Assembly: GCA_016839445.1 (NCBI GenBank)
Contig: JAEOUG010000142.1
Location: 1-23,812 of the forward strand
DNA length: 23,812 bases
Direction: 5' to 3'
DNA from: Candidatus Thorarchaeota archaeon
GTDB taxonomy: Archaea > Asgardarchaeota > Thorarchaeia > Thorarchaeales > Thorarchaeaceae
Shown here: positions 1 through 7,631 of the stretch, piece after piece
How positions within the stretch are numbered: position 1 is the stretch's first letter
Layout of the letters: each line of letters starts with the position of its first letter
Made by a program: the position numbers and the translations under genes
Notes under the pieces: model-generated
The model's input: only the letters and a program-made list of their open reading frames with translations
Told to the model about the DNA's origin: nothing
Database searches by the model: none

Positions 1-96
1 GCTGCGTCTTCAAGCAGCTAGGATGAGGCAGGTTAAATAGGGACACAGACCCAGCACGATATGTTTCGACTTGACTGTGCAAGAGGGGTTCCTGCG

Positions 97-828
97 GTGG
101 CGGCCTATTCAGATTCGAAGGCTTATTTGTGGGCTCTGACTGGTATTCTCGCAGCCCTGCATCTTGTGATGACAGTCATCCCGCTTTTCGTACTGACGGG
201 TGGAGGCGGGTTCATATCACTTGGTGTCGTGTCCGCAGTGGTAATCGGCTATGTGGCAGGGCCGATCTTCGGTGTGGCATCTGTGTTCATTGGATCAACT
301 CTAGGAGTTGCGTTTCTCAATGTTGGGGGAATCGTTGGGTATGTGGTCCCGATTGTGGCACCAGCAGCAAGTGCATTTGTTGCGGGCTGCATGAGGAAGA
401 GAATGTACATCCAGGTGATAATAGTCTACATCATCGGCTTCGTCGCCTTCATCGTAGGACCTGTAGGAAGCATTGCCTATCCGTACCTCTGGATGCACGT
501 GATAGCACTTGCCCTAGTAATGATTCTGCTCGTTCCTAGGATAGAGAAAAGATACAGGGAGGGATTGCAGCTACGACCAGAAAAGCCAGAGACGTCCATT
601 CTCCCATCGGCAGTCCTTGCCTACACTGCTCTGATGGCGGACCACCTGACAGGAGGCGCCTTGGCAAGCTACCACTTCGTCTTCATTCTGGGATGGGATC
701 CCACGTCGACTGCAATCATGTTTCTTCTAGGCACCTTCACCTACGCACTTGAGCGTCTTGCACTGACACTAATCGCTGCAGGAGTCATCATGGCCCTGGC
801 AAAACACCTTGGGAAGCTGGGTCTCTGA
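97..828 (+). CDS. Polytopic membrane protein, ECF transporter S-component-like
   Basis: About 6-7 hydrophobic helices; N-terminal 'LTGILAALHLVMT', 'GYVAGPIFG' and C-terminal 'YALER' resemble archaeal ECF S components. GTG at 97, after AAGAGGGG, is preferred over ATG at 61. Confidence 0.6.
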   Translation: MAAYSDSKAYLWALTGILAALHLVMTVIPLFVLTGGGGFISLGVVSAVVIGYVAGPIFGVASVFIGSTLGVAFLNVGGIVGYVVPIVAPAASAFVAGCMRKRMYIQVIIVYIIGFVAFIVGPVGSIAYPYLWMHVIALALVMILLVPRIEKRYREGLQLRPEKPETSILPSAVLAYTALMADHLTGGALASYHFVFILGWDPTSTAIMFLLGTFTYALERLALTLIAAGVIMALAKHLGKLGL

Positions 829-962
829 GATTGCACTCGAAGATCCGCTTGTCGTGTCAGCATCGAGACGAAGCTTTATGAGAATTCATGAGATTCAAGC
901 CTTGAGATTGAGTCTGGAGGGTCATCCTCAGCGGACTCAGATGTCAAAAGGAGCTTTACGAA

Positions 963-1793
963 TTGCAGATTGGATTGGAATGGACACTATTCTACGCCTT
1001 GATCTTCATTGGTGTCATCATCCTGTTATGGTTCATCAGTGGAATCAAGATCCTGAAGGATTGGGAACGCGTGGCCATCTTGAGACTGGGCAAGTTCAAG
1101 GGAATAGACGGACCAGGCATTATCTGGATTGCCAGCGGGCTAGACCAGATAGCCATGAAGGTCTCTGTACGACTTCTGACCTATGCCTTCAAAACCGAGA
1201 GATCTCTGACGAAGGATAACGTCCCCGTGGTTGTGGACGCTGTCATGTACTTCAAGGTCGTTGACGTGGAGAAAGCCATCCTCGGAGTTGAGAGGTACAC
1301 CGTGGCAGTAGAACTGGCAGCACAGACTACACTCAGGGAAACCATTGGTAAGGTTACACTTGACGAGCTCCTCTCTGAAAGGGACACAATCGCACAGCAC
1401 CTTCAGGAGCTCATCGATGAGAAGACGGAGCACTGGGGCGTGAAGGTCACCTCGGTCGAGATACGCGATGTCGTCATACCCTCGGCGCTGCAGGACTCAA
1501 TGAGCAGAGAGGCACAAGCAGAGAGGGAGCGCAGAGCGCGAATCACTCTGGCAAGAGCAGAGCAGGAGGCCTCTGAGGCCATGCTGAAGGCCGCAAAGAG
1601 CTATGAGGAATCCACTGTCGGCCTAACGCTAAGAACCTGGAACATCATGCAAGAGATATCTAAGAACGCCAACCTGATCATCATGGTTCCGACCAACATA
1701 CCAGAGGTGGGGCTGGCTGCAGGTTCAGCAGTGGCGATTGGCGCAGGCACTGGTGGACTTCGCGTACCTAAGAACAAGGGCACCGACGAGTGA
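963..1793 (+). CDS. SPFH/band-7 (stomatin-like) protein
   Basis: N-terminal TM; 'WERVAILRLGK', 'LTKDNVPVVVDAVMYFKV', 'AQTTLRETIG', 'WGVKVTSVEIRDV', 'QAERERRARI'. TTG start after AAGGAG. Confidence 0.95.
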   Translation: MQIGLEWTLFYALIFIGVIILLWFISGIKILKDWERVAILRLGKFKGIDGPGIIWIASGLDQIAMKVSVRLLTYAFKTERSLTKDNVPVVVDAVMYFKVVDVEKAILGVERYTVAVELAAQTTLRETIGKVTLDELLSERDTIAQHLQELIDEKTEHWGVKVTSVEIRDVVIPSALQDSMSREAQAERERRARITLARAEQEASEAMLKAAKSYEESTVGLTLRTWNIMQEISKNANLIIMVPTNIPEVGLAAGSAVAIGAGTGGLRVPKNKGTDE

Positions 1794-1817
1794 TATCAGG
1801 AAAGGGGTGATTAGAAG

Positions 1818-2519
1818 ATGGAAGCCTGGCTGAAGATCTTCGTGGTCATGATAATGCTCTCTGTGATCAGCTTCGTGGCCACATGGGTTCTCACAGACCC
1901 CTTCATGGGGCTAATCCTCCTCGCGGTCCTCCTAACTCTTCTAGTGCTCACTGTAGAACCGGCAACGGGAAAGGCGATGTCCCAGGTGACAGTCCCAATT
2001 GTCATCATGCTGTTTGTGATGCAGGTACTTCTGAACCCAGGATTCGTGTTTGACGTCTGGACGTTGGCGATCATAGGAATCCTGTTGTACTTCATGTTCA
2101 CCCTGTTCACTGGCGGGAGCAGCTTCATGGAGGGCGCCTTCATCGACGCCAAGATGTCCCTGAAACTCCTCCCAGCCTACGCAGCAGCCATCATCATCTC
2201 AATGGTAATGGATCGAACCAATCGGATGACTGTCTTTATCATGGCCGGGACTTCCCTCTTCCTGATGGGGATCTACTTCTCCTTCCTACGGGACTATGAC
2301 AAGTGGCCCGCCTACTCCCAGTATCAGTACAGTGACATCAGAGCAATCACGGACATCAACCCCAAGGGAAAAGTGAAGACTGGAGCAGAGATCTGGTGGG
2401 CGAGAACTGCAGGACCACCAATCAAGGCAGGAGAAGAGGTTGTGATTGTGACGATTTCTGGGCTCACCATGGTAGTAAGGCGTCCAGATGACATCACAGT
2501 CTCTGAGCAGGACCAGTAA
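1818..2519 (+). CDS. NfeD-family membrane protein (TM bundle plus C-terminal OB fold, no protease domain)
   Basis: C-terminal 'GKVKTGAEIWWART..PIKAGEEVVIVTISGLTMVVR' is the NfeD OB-fold pattern; adjacent to stomatin; GGTGA RBS. Confidence 0.85.
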   Translation: MEAWLKIFVVMIMLSVISFVATWVLTDPFMGLILLAVLLTLLVLTVEPATGKAMSQVTVPIVIMLFVMQVLLNPGFVFDVWTLAIIGILLYFMFTLFTGGSSFMEGAFIDAKMSLKLLPAYAAAIIISMVMDRTNRMTVFIMAGTSLFLMGIYFSFLRDYDKWPAYSQYQYSDIRAITDINPKGKVKTGAEIWWARTAGPPIKAGEEVVIVTISGLTMVVRRPDDITVSEQDQ

Positions 2520-2552
2520 CCCGCAGCAATGGGTCAGAGAAATCTGGCCCAG

Positions 2553-3365
2553 CTACTCCTTTTTCCCATAGCTCATCCAGAGACCCCAGATGAGAGAGAG
2601 CCCGAAGATGAAGCCTAGGATTGTCGTCAAACCCCACTCGATCTGGAAGATCTGAGGCAGATAGACCTCAGTCCGCGGAAATGAGGGGAAGGTCAGGTAT
2701 GCTACCATGTTCCACATGAAATGGAACGATATCGGCACCCACAATCTACGGCCTGTGAAGTAATACGCCATGGATAGCACTACTCCACCAAGAAACATGT
2801 TGAAAATGAAGAGCGCAAGAACATCAGGCCGAAATCCTGCAACCGACCACCAGCTGAAGTGAAGGAGCGAGAAGAAGAGCGAACTCACCATAATCGCAGT
2901 GCCGCGCGATGTAAGCGACTCAACTCGAGGAAGCACATAACCGCGGTGCACAATCTCCTCGAGAAGGGCTGTCGGTGCCGTAATGATAATCTCAGCGGCG
3001 ATGAGGTCACCCGTTATCTCCGCCGCTGGACGCACGTCTGCCCCAAACCCCCAGGCTATGGCAAGAACAAGAGCCGCGCCGAGAGTACCCCCAATTGCTC
3101 CGATGATGATTTGCGTGAGTGAACTTCCATCCCAAGCAACGCCCAGCTCCGAAACGCCTTCGCCGCCATCAAGTCTGACGAAGTACTCCGTGATGAAATA
3201 GAAGAGAAGGAAGGTGAGGAAGAAGGCAAGGGTTGCCGCCATCTCCAGCATCTCGCCTTGAAACAGCATCGAGACAATAGGAGACATGGCCACGACCATG
3301 AATATGAGAAGCATGAAGACGATTAGTCTCGAGGGGGTGGTTTCGCGAGTCACAGCCATTGGCAT
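2553..3365 (-). CDS. CPBP/Abi (CAAX protease II) intramembrane metalloprotease
   Basis: Motifs EEIVHRGY, FSLLH and HFMWN within a multi-TM protein. Confidence 0.92.
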   Translation of the reverse strand: MPMAVTRETTPSRLIVFMLLIFMVVAMSPIVSMLFQGEMLEMAATLAFFLTFLLFYFITEYFVRLDGGEGVSELGVAWDGSSLTQIIIGAIGGTLGAALVLAIAWGFGADVRPAAEITGDLIAAEIIITAPTALLEEIVHRGYVLPRVESLTSRGTAIMVSSLFFSLLHFSWWSVAGFRPDVLALFIFNMFLGGVVLSMAYYFTGRRLWVPISFHFMWNMVAYLTFPSFPRTEVYLPQIFQIEWGLTTILGFIFGLSLIWGLWMSYGKKE

Positions 3366-3541
3366 CGCCGCCTGAGTGTGCCTTCAACCTACCTAAAACT
3401 CATGCGGTCGCCTCAGCACTCCATTACATGCACGAATATTGTATATGTAGTGCGAAGTCATATAAGTCGGCAACTCCATTCGCCATTCCAAGTCTGGAAG
3501 CTCGTATGGCTGCGCCATGTTCAGCAAACGGAGGAGTATGT

Positions 3542-4651
3542 TTGCCCCAAACACGGAAGCTCTTGCTGGAATACGAAACAGAGGAAGTAGGGCGGCTCGC
3601 CAGGGATGATTCCTCTGAGAGGAAAGCCCTGATTAAGGCATTCGCTGATTCCTCCGATGTTGTAAGAGAGCGAGCACTGATTGCCTCCGTTGATGTGGCT
3701 GACCCAACTCTTGTTACTGATATCGTGAAGGCGCTAGAAGACAATGTTGCGGAGGTCAGAATAGCCGCCGCGCAGGCTCTCGCATTCTACAGCCAGCCGG
3801 CAACAATACCGATGATGTTGGACGGCCTGAAAGACCAGAACACCTGGGTTCGATCCCATTGTGCTGCAGGCCTCTCCAAGCTGCTTAGTGGCCCGATCTG
3901 GGCGAGAGTCCCTATCGAGAGCATCGATAAGATCCGGGAAGGATTTCCAGATATGACTGAAGAAGAAGTCGATGGTCTCCTAAGGTCAATCAAACTGCGG
4001 CCAGATGCTGTAGGAAGACTCAAGGACTGGCAAGCGAAGAACTATGAGATAGAGATTGATGTCTCCGCCCTTGTAGAAGAACTAGAGGGCAGGCCAATCC
4101 TGCTTTCTGGAGAAGCACCTTCTCCTTCGAAGCCAGGGAAACCTGACGAGGTGGAGGAAATACTCAGCGAACTACCAGACGAGATTAGAGCCACACTCCC
4201 GCCGGAAGATGTCAGTCGTCTTACTCCGGACTCTGCTAGGGAGCTCGTAAGGCAGCTGAAGGTTTCCACGCCGGCCAAAGAGAAGAAGAAGGCAGTCAAG
4301 GTCAAGAAGGTAAAGAAGGTCAAGAAGAAGAAGGCGGGACCATCGCACGAAGAGCTCATTGAGAGACTTCCGAAGGAGGTAAGGGAATCCGTGGGAGACA
4401 GCACACTTGCAGATCTCTCGACGGAGGAACTTGAGGCGCTTCTCTCGTCATCCAGCGAGGGTGCAGTGGAAGAAGAGGCCACACCGGGAACTCCGAGAAT
4501 GACCGAGCTTATGGAGAAGTTCGGCAAAGAAAAGGCAGAGGTCCTGGTCAACATCCCTGAGCACCTGCTTGAAGACATTCCCGAGGACCAAATCAAAGAG
4601 ATGGACATGGAGACCCTCAAGGGTCTCGCACAGGCTCTTGAGCCGAGATAG
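3542..4651 (+). CDS. HEAT (PBS-lyase-type) repeat protein with Lys-rich patch and C-terminal helical repeats
   Basis: HEAT repeats 'D..DVVRERA', 'LEDNVAEVRIAAAQAL', 'LKDQNTWVRSHCAAGL'. TTG at 3542 after GGAGGAG is preferred over the listed start at 3359, which overlaps the opposite gene. Confidence 0.8.
   Translation: MPQTRKLLLEYETEEVGRLARDDSSERKALIKAFADSSDVVRERALIASVDVADPTLVTDIVKALEDNVAEVRIAAAQALAFYSQPATIPMMLDGLKDQNTWVRSHCAAGLSKLLSGPIWARVPIESIDKIREGFPDMTEEEVDGLLRSIKLRPDAVGRLKDWQAKNYEIEIDVSALVEELEGRPILLSGEAPSPSKPGKPDEVEEILSELPDEIRATLPPEDVSRLTPDSARELVRQLKVSTPAKEKKKAVKVKKVKKVKKKKAGPSHEELIERLPKEVRESVGDSTLADLSTEELEALLSSSSEGAVEEEATPGTPRMTELMEKFGKEKAEVLVNIPEHLLEDIPEDQIKEMDMETLKGLAQALEPR
4277..4333 (+). 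repeat. Low-complexity Lys/Val tandem repeat (KEKKKAVKVKKVKKVKKKK)
   Basis: Near-tandem GTMAAGAAG units at the DNA level inside the HEAT gene. Confidence 0.8.
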
Positions 4652-4657
4652 GGTCTG

Positions 4658-5950
4658 CTACTCTGAGCCTCTGATGACAACCGCGAATTCTCCTGCAAGC
4701 CGTCCGTACCACTCTAGAAGATCTCGCATATTGTCAACATGCCTGTAGCTACCGTTGCCGTACTGAGCTATTGCCAGCATGAGCTCCTCGTCAATCTCAC
4801 TCCGCTCCCCAAGACCGATGCAGTAGATAACGAGCTTTCCTCGATCAGGGAACCGGTCCTTCAGGACCTTAAGTGGAGGCGGGCCTGAGGTCGTCATTCC
4901 GTCGGTAAGAAGAATCAACATCGTCGGCTTGTCAGGGTCTCCGAACTCCTCCATGATGTCTTTGGCCTTGTTCAACGCACTGCCCATGTCTGTCAGCGTG
5001 CCGCCTTCCTCAACTTTGTCAACAACATGGGTGCTGATAATCTGAAGACCCAGAGCCTTCTCACGTCCCGTACACTCCACAAAGGGTTGAACCTCACCTG
5101 ATTCGGAGTCGAGGAAGGTCATTTCGCTTACTTCCTTCTCGAACGTGATGACCCCTACCTTCTCCCCATATCCGCGGCCCACTTTCTCAGCAAGATACAG
5201 CAGCACAGCCATGGCAGCAGCCTCGGCCCTACTCACGTTCCTTCCCTCTTCGAAACGATTTAGGAACGCCTGGACCTCGGGATTGTCACCAGCCAGGTCC
5301 TTGAGCCCCTCTCTTGCATGAGCAATCTCCTGTACAGGAACGTCAGTTGTCTTCATGGATCCACTAGTGTCAATGCACAGAACCGCATTGAAAGGCGAAG
5401 CAACGCCCACAGTCTTGAACTGATAGCCCGTCTTCTCTCTCAAAGCTTCGAAAGCAAGTTTGGCGAAGCTCTTTCCCGATAGGAGTGGCTTCGTGTTGAG
5501 AATCTCTACCTTCACGTTGAGCTCGGGCCAGTGAAATGACATTCCTGGGTAGACGAGTCGTCCCCCGATTAGAGACTCCAGAGACTTGACTGACTCAGCC
5601 GCCCTTGAAACCAAATCCTCTGTGTTCGCATCCTCAGAGAGAGGCTTCAGCCCGAATTCGACGTACTCCAACGCGGTCATGTCTTCATCGAAAAGCGTCA
5701 CTTCGACTTCGTCCCCTTCCATCAACAGAGATGCTTCGAGGACGAGAGTGTCAATCACGATTTGGTCCTGTGAGACATCCTTGCTCTTCCGTATCTCTGC
5801 AGCCCCCCAGAAACTGCTCTGTGGGTCCTCGAAGATCACTATGGAGCCGATATCAGCCGCAATCTTCTCTACAACCTTGGGGTGAAGACTTACGAAGCCA
5901 CGAAGATCTCCGCCGTCAACAATCTCGAGAGTAAGCTTGGGGATGGTGAC
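4658..5950 (-). CDS. Cdc48/p97-N-domain-like + vWA protein with intact MIDAS
   Basis: vWA: 'AVLCIDTSGSM' (DxSxS at 5357-5371), 'GGTLTDMGSAL', 'LILLTDG', 'YCIGLG', 'LAIAQYGNGSY'. The N-terminal ~170 aa match Cdc48-N patterns: 'FVSLHPKVVEKIAADIGSIVIF', 'IVIDTLVLEASLLMEGDEVEV', 'GRLVYPG...KVEILNTKP'. The frame is open to 5950, 37 codons beyond the listed GTG at 5839; true start uncertain. Confidence 0.8.
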   Translation of the reverse strand, partial: VTIPKLTLEIVDGGDLRGFVSLHPKVVEKIAADIGSIVIFEDPQSSFWGAAEIRKSKDVSQDQIVIDTLVLEASLLMEGDEVEVTLFDEDMTALEYVEFGLKPLSEDANTEDLVSRAAESVKSLESLIGGRLVYPGMSFHWPELNVKVEILNTKPLLSGKSFAKLAFEALREKTGYQFKTVGVASPFNAVLCIDTSGSMKTTDVPVQEIAHAREGLKDLAGDNPEVQAFLNRFEEGRNVSRAEAAAMAVLLYLAEKVGRGYGEKVGVITFEKEVSEMTFLDSESGEVQPFVECTGREKALGLQIISTHVVDKVEEGGTLTDMGSALNKAKDIMEEFGDPDKPTMLILLTDGMTTSGPPPLKVLKDRFPDRGKLVIYCIGLGERSEIDEELMLAIAQYGNGSYRHVDNMRDLLEWYGRLAGEFAVVIRGSE

Positions 5951-5984
5951 TCATGCCTCCTTGCATCCTCCTCGTGACCATATG

Positions 5985-5991
5985 TTATAAA
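5985..5991 (-). promoter_or_regulatory. TATA-box-like element upstream of the Cdc48N-vWA gene
   Basis: TTTATAA on the minus strand about 30 nt upstream of the ATG at 5954; AAGGAGG lies at 5956-5962. Confidence 0.5.
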
Positions 5992-6007
5992 CAATTGTGG
6001 GGACGCA

Positions 6008-7501
6008 TCACGCAATTGCGGTCTCAAATGCGGAAACGAGCTCATCCGCAGACTTGGCGAGGTGGGAGTTGTCAGAGAGTGCCTTACTAAGAACGGCACC
6101 GACTTTCTGAGACGCGTGTTCGAGCGACTCGATCCGTACCGAGCCCTGAGCTCCAAGAAGAGCAACGCTGAGCAAGCCGCCAGCTCTTCTTCGAATCCAG
6201 ACATGCAAATCGCCTTCTGTCTTTGCAGACCTCAGTGTTACTAGGTATGAATCCTGGTACACACCGTTGAATCCCCCCTTTTCGACAGCCTCGATACTTG
6301 GCCATGTAGACTGAGGGGGAATCATGAAATCTAGAGATGCCATGTCCCACGCACCTCGGGATATCTCACGAAGAAGGAACTCCTCGAAGGCGGACTGGAC
6401 AGCATGAGATTTGTCGTGGCTGTAGATCTCTCTAGGAGGCAGTGATGTCTTCATCCTTGTCCTGAATGGCTTCTGTATGAGATGCAGCGCGTTCCCACCA
6501 AGAATCTTCTGCGCATCAACGAGGGTTCCCTGGAACTCCCTAGAGAGAAGGTAGGTAATCACATCTGCTGCTTGAACAGTGAGGAAACTGAAGTCCGTGC
6601 CGAACATGATGCGGTCAGACCACTTCCCTTTGGGGCCAAGCCGCTCATACGCAGACTCGAAGAGCGCAGGCACATCCAAATCGTGTAGGGATGAGGTCTC
6701 TGTGAGTATTGCAGGGTCCCTTAGTGCTTCAAAGAGCTTTGAATCACTTGGTGACATCCCGCAATGCGCGATAATGACTCGCAGGTTCCTAGCTGCTTCA
6801 CCGCACGATGGGTCGTTCAGTATTGAGTCGACCAGCGATCTTATCCTGTCAACTGTCCGGATGTTCCGTGTGTCGAAGATGATGGGCACAGAGAGTTCTG
6901 CCGCCCTCTTCACAACGCTCCTTGTTGGGCCGCTGTCAATCTCGTCAACGAAGAGCTGGGCGAGAGGGTGCAGCTTGAGACCTCTCAATCCAAGGTCCAG
7001 AATGGCCCTCTCCAGCTCTGCCACGGCGATGTCTTCGCCATCTCTTGGGTTGACTCTGCAGAAACCAATGAGTCGTGATGAGTGTGGCGCCCGACCAGTC
7101 CACCCAGCTATCTTGTCGTTTGATACGGCGAAAGAAGCAGATCTTGGACCTTCGGGTGCTGAATAATCATCAGTATACGGGAAAACTACTGTTCGGTCAA
7201 CGAGCCACCCGTGATTGGCTCTGCGCCAGCTATCCTTGGACTCGAATAGCTGGTTGAGAAGAGCAGGTGCTTCTACGCCAACTGGCCTGAAGAGAAGCCT
7301 GTCTTCCTCTGCCAGCTGCTCCGCTTGCTTCTGGACTTCAAACCAAAGCTGAGTGTAGAAATCGTAGGCACCCGATGGGGTGTTCCTATGTCCCTTCTCG
7401 CGACCCATATGATGGTGTGCATCCACGAGGTAGAGGCGAAACTCATCATTCTTCGATATCCCACGTTGGGGCAGGTCCTCTACGGCACGAACGACGAGCA
7501 T
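6008..7501 (-). CDS. Amidohydrolase-superfamily (Amidohydro_2-like) metallohydrolase with extra C-terminal domain
   Basis: Motifs VDAHHH, GLRGLKLHP, IIAHCG, RIMFGTDF, KILGGNA. ATG at 7501 is preferred over the listed start at 7582. Confidence 0.88.
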   Translation of the reverse strand: MLVVRAVEDLPQRGISKNDEFRLYLVDAHHHMGREKGHRNTPSGAYDFYTQLWFEVQKQAEQLAEEDRLLFRPVGVEAPALLNQLFESKDSWRRANHGWLVDRTVVFPYTDDYSAPEGPRSASFAVSNDKIAGWTGRAPHSSRLIGFCRVNPRDGEDIAVAELERAILDLGLRGLKLHPLAQLFVDEIDSGPTRSVVKRAAELSVPIIFDTRNIRTVDRIRSLVDSILNDPSCGEAARNLRVIIAHCGMSPSDSKLFEALRDPAILTETSSLHDLDVPALFESAYERLGPKGKWSDRIMFGTDFSFLTVQAADVITYLLSREFQGTLVDAQKILGGNALHLIQKPFRTRMKTSLPPREIYSHDKSHAVQSAFEEFLLREISRGAWDMASLDFMIPPQSTWPSIEAVEKGGFNGVYQDSYLVTLRSAKTEGDLHVWIRRRAGGLLSVALLGAQGSVRIESLEHASQKVGAVLSKALSDNSHLAKSADELVSAFETAIA

Positions 7502-7584
7502 CCACCATCTGCTCCTTGACCAGTGAGACAGCCTCGACGCGAGATAAATGATTGGTTGGTGGGGGACGTTCCCACTATGCATAT

Positions 7585-7600
7585 ATCAGCTCATGCTGAT
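7585..7600. promoter_or_regulatory. Perfect inverted repeat ATCAGC-N4-GCTGAT in the divergent intergenic region
   Basis: Seen directly, next to TATGCATATAT (7576-7586); regulatory role is inferred. Confidence 0.35.
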
Positions 7601-7631
7601 TTCTCGAATGCCGGATTGAGGTTGCCACGCG

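Noticed and set aside
826-912. Recurrent TGAGATT/TGAGAAT heptamers upstream of stomatin
   Set aside because: Short and irregularly spaced; not a CRISPR array and too weak to call as an operator.
3359-3541. Long N-terminal extensions in the ORF track (also starts 7582, 12857, 14007, 20237, 20373, 21871, 23464)
   Set aside because: They overlap neighbouring genes or promoters; downstream starts have an RBS and/or coincide with where family motifs begin.
4042-4698. 218-aa Ser-rich antisense ORF, and similar ones such as 6579-7166, 14598-15098 and 10240-10635
   Set aside because: Shadow ORFs opposite well-supported genes; their composition reflects the reverse complement of the coding strand.
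5890-6204. 104-aa minus-strand ORF bridging the amidohydrolase and vWA genes
   Set aside because: Out of frame with both genes, overlaps the amidohydrolase 3' end, crosses a TATA-like intergenic region and has no protein-like motifs.
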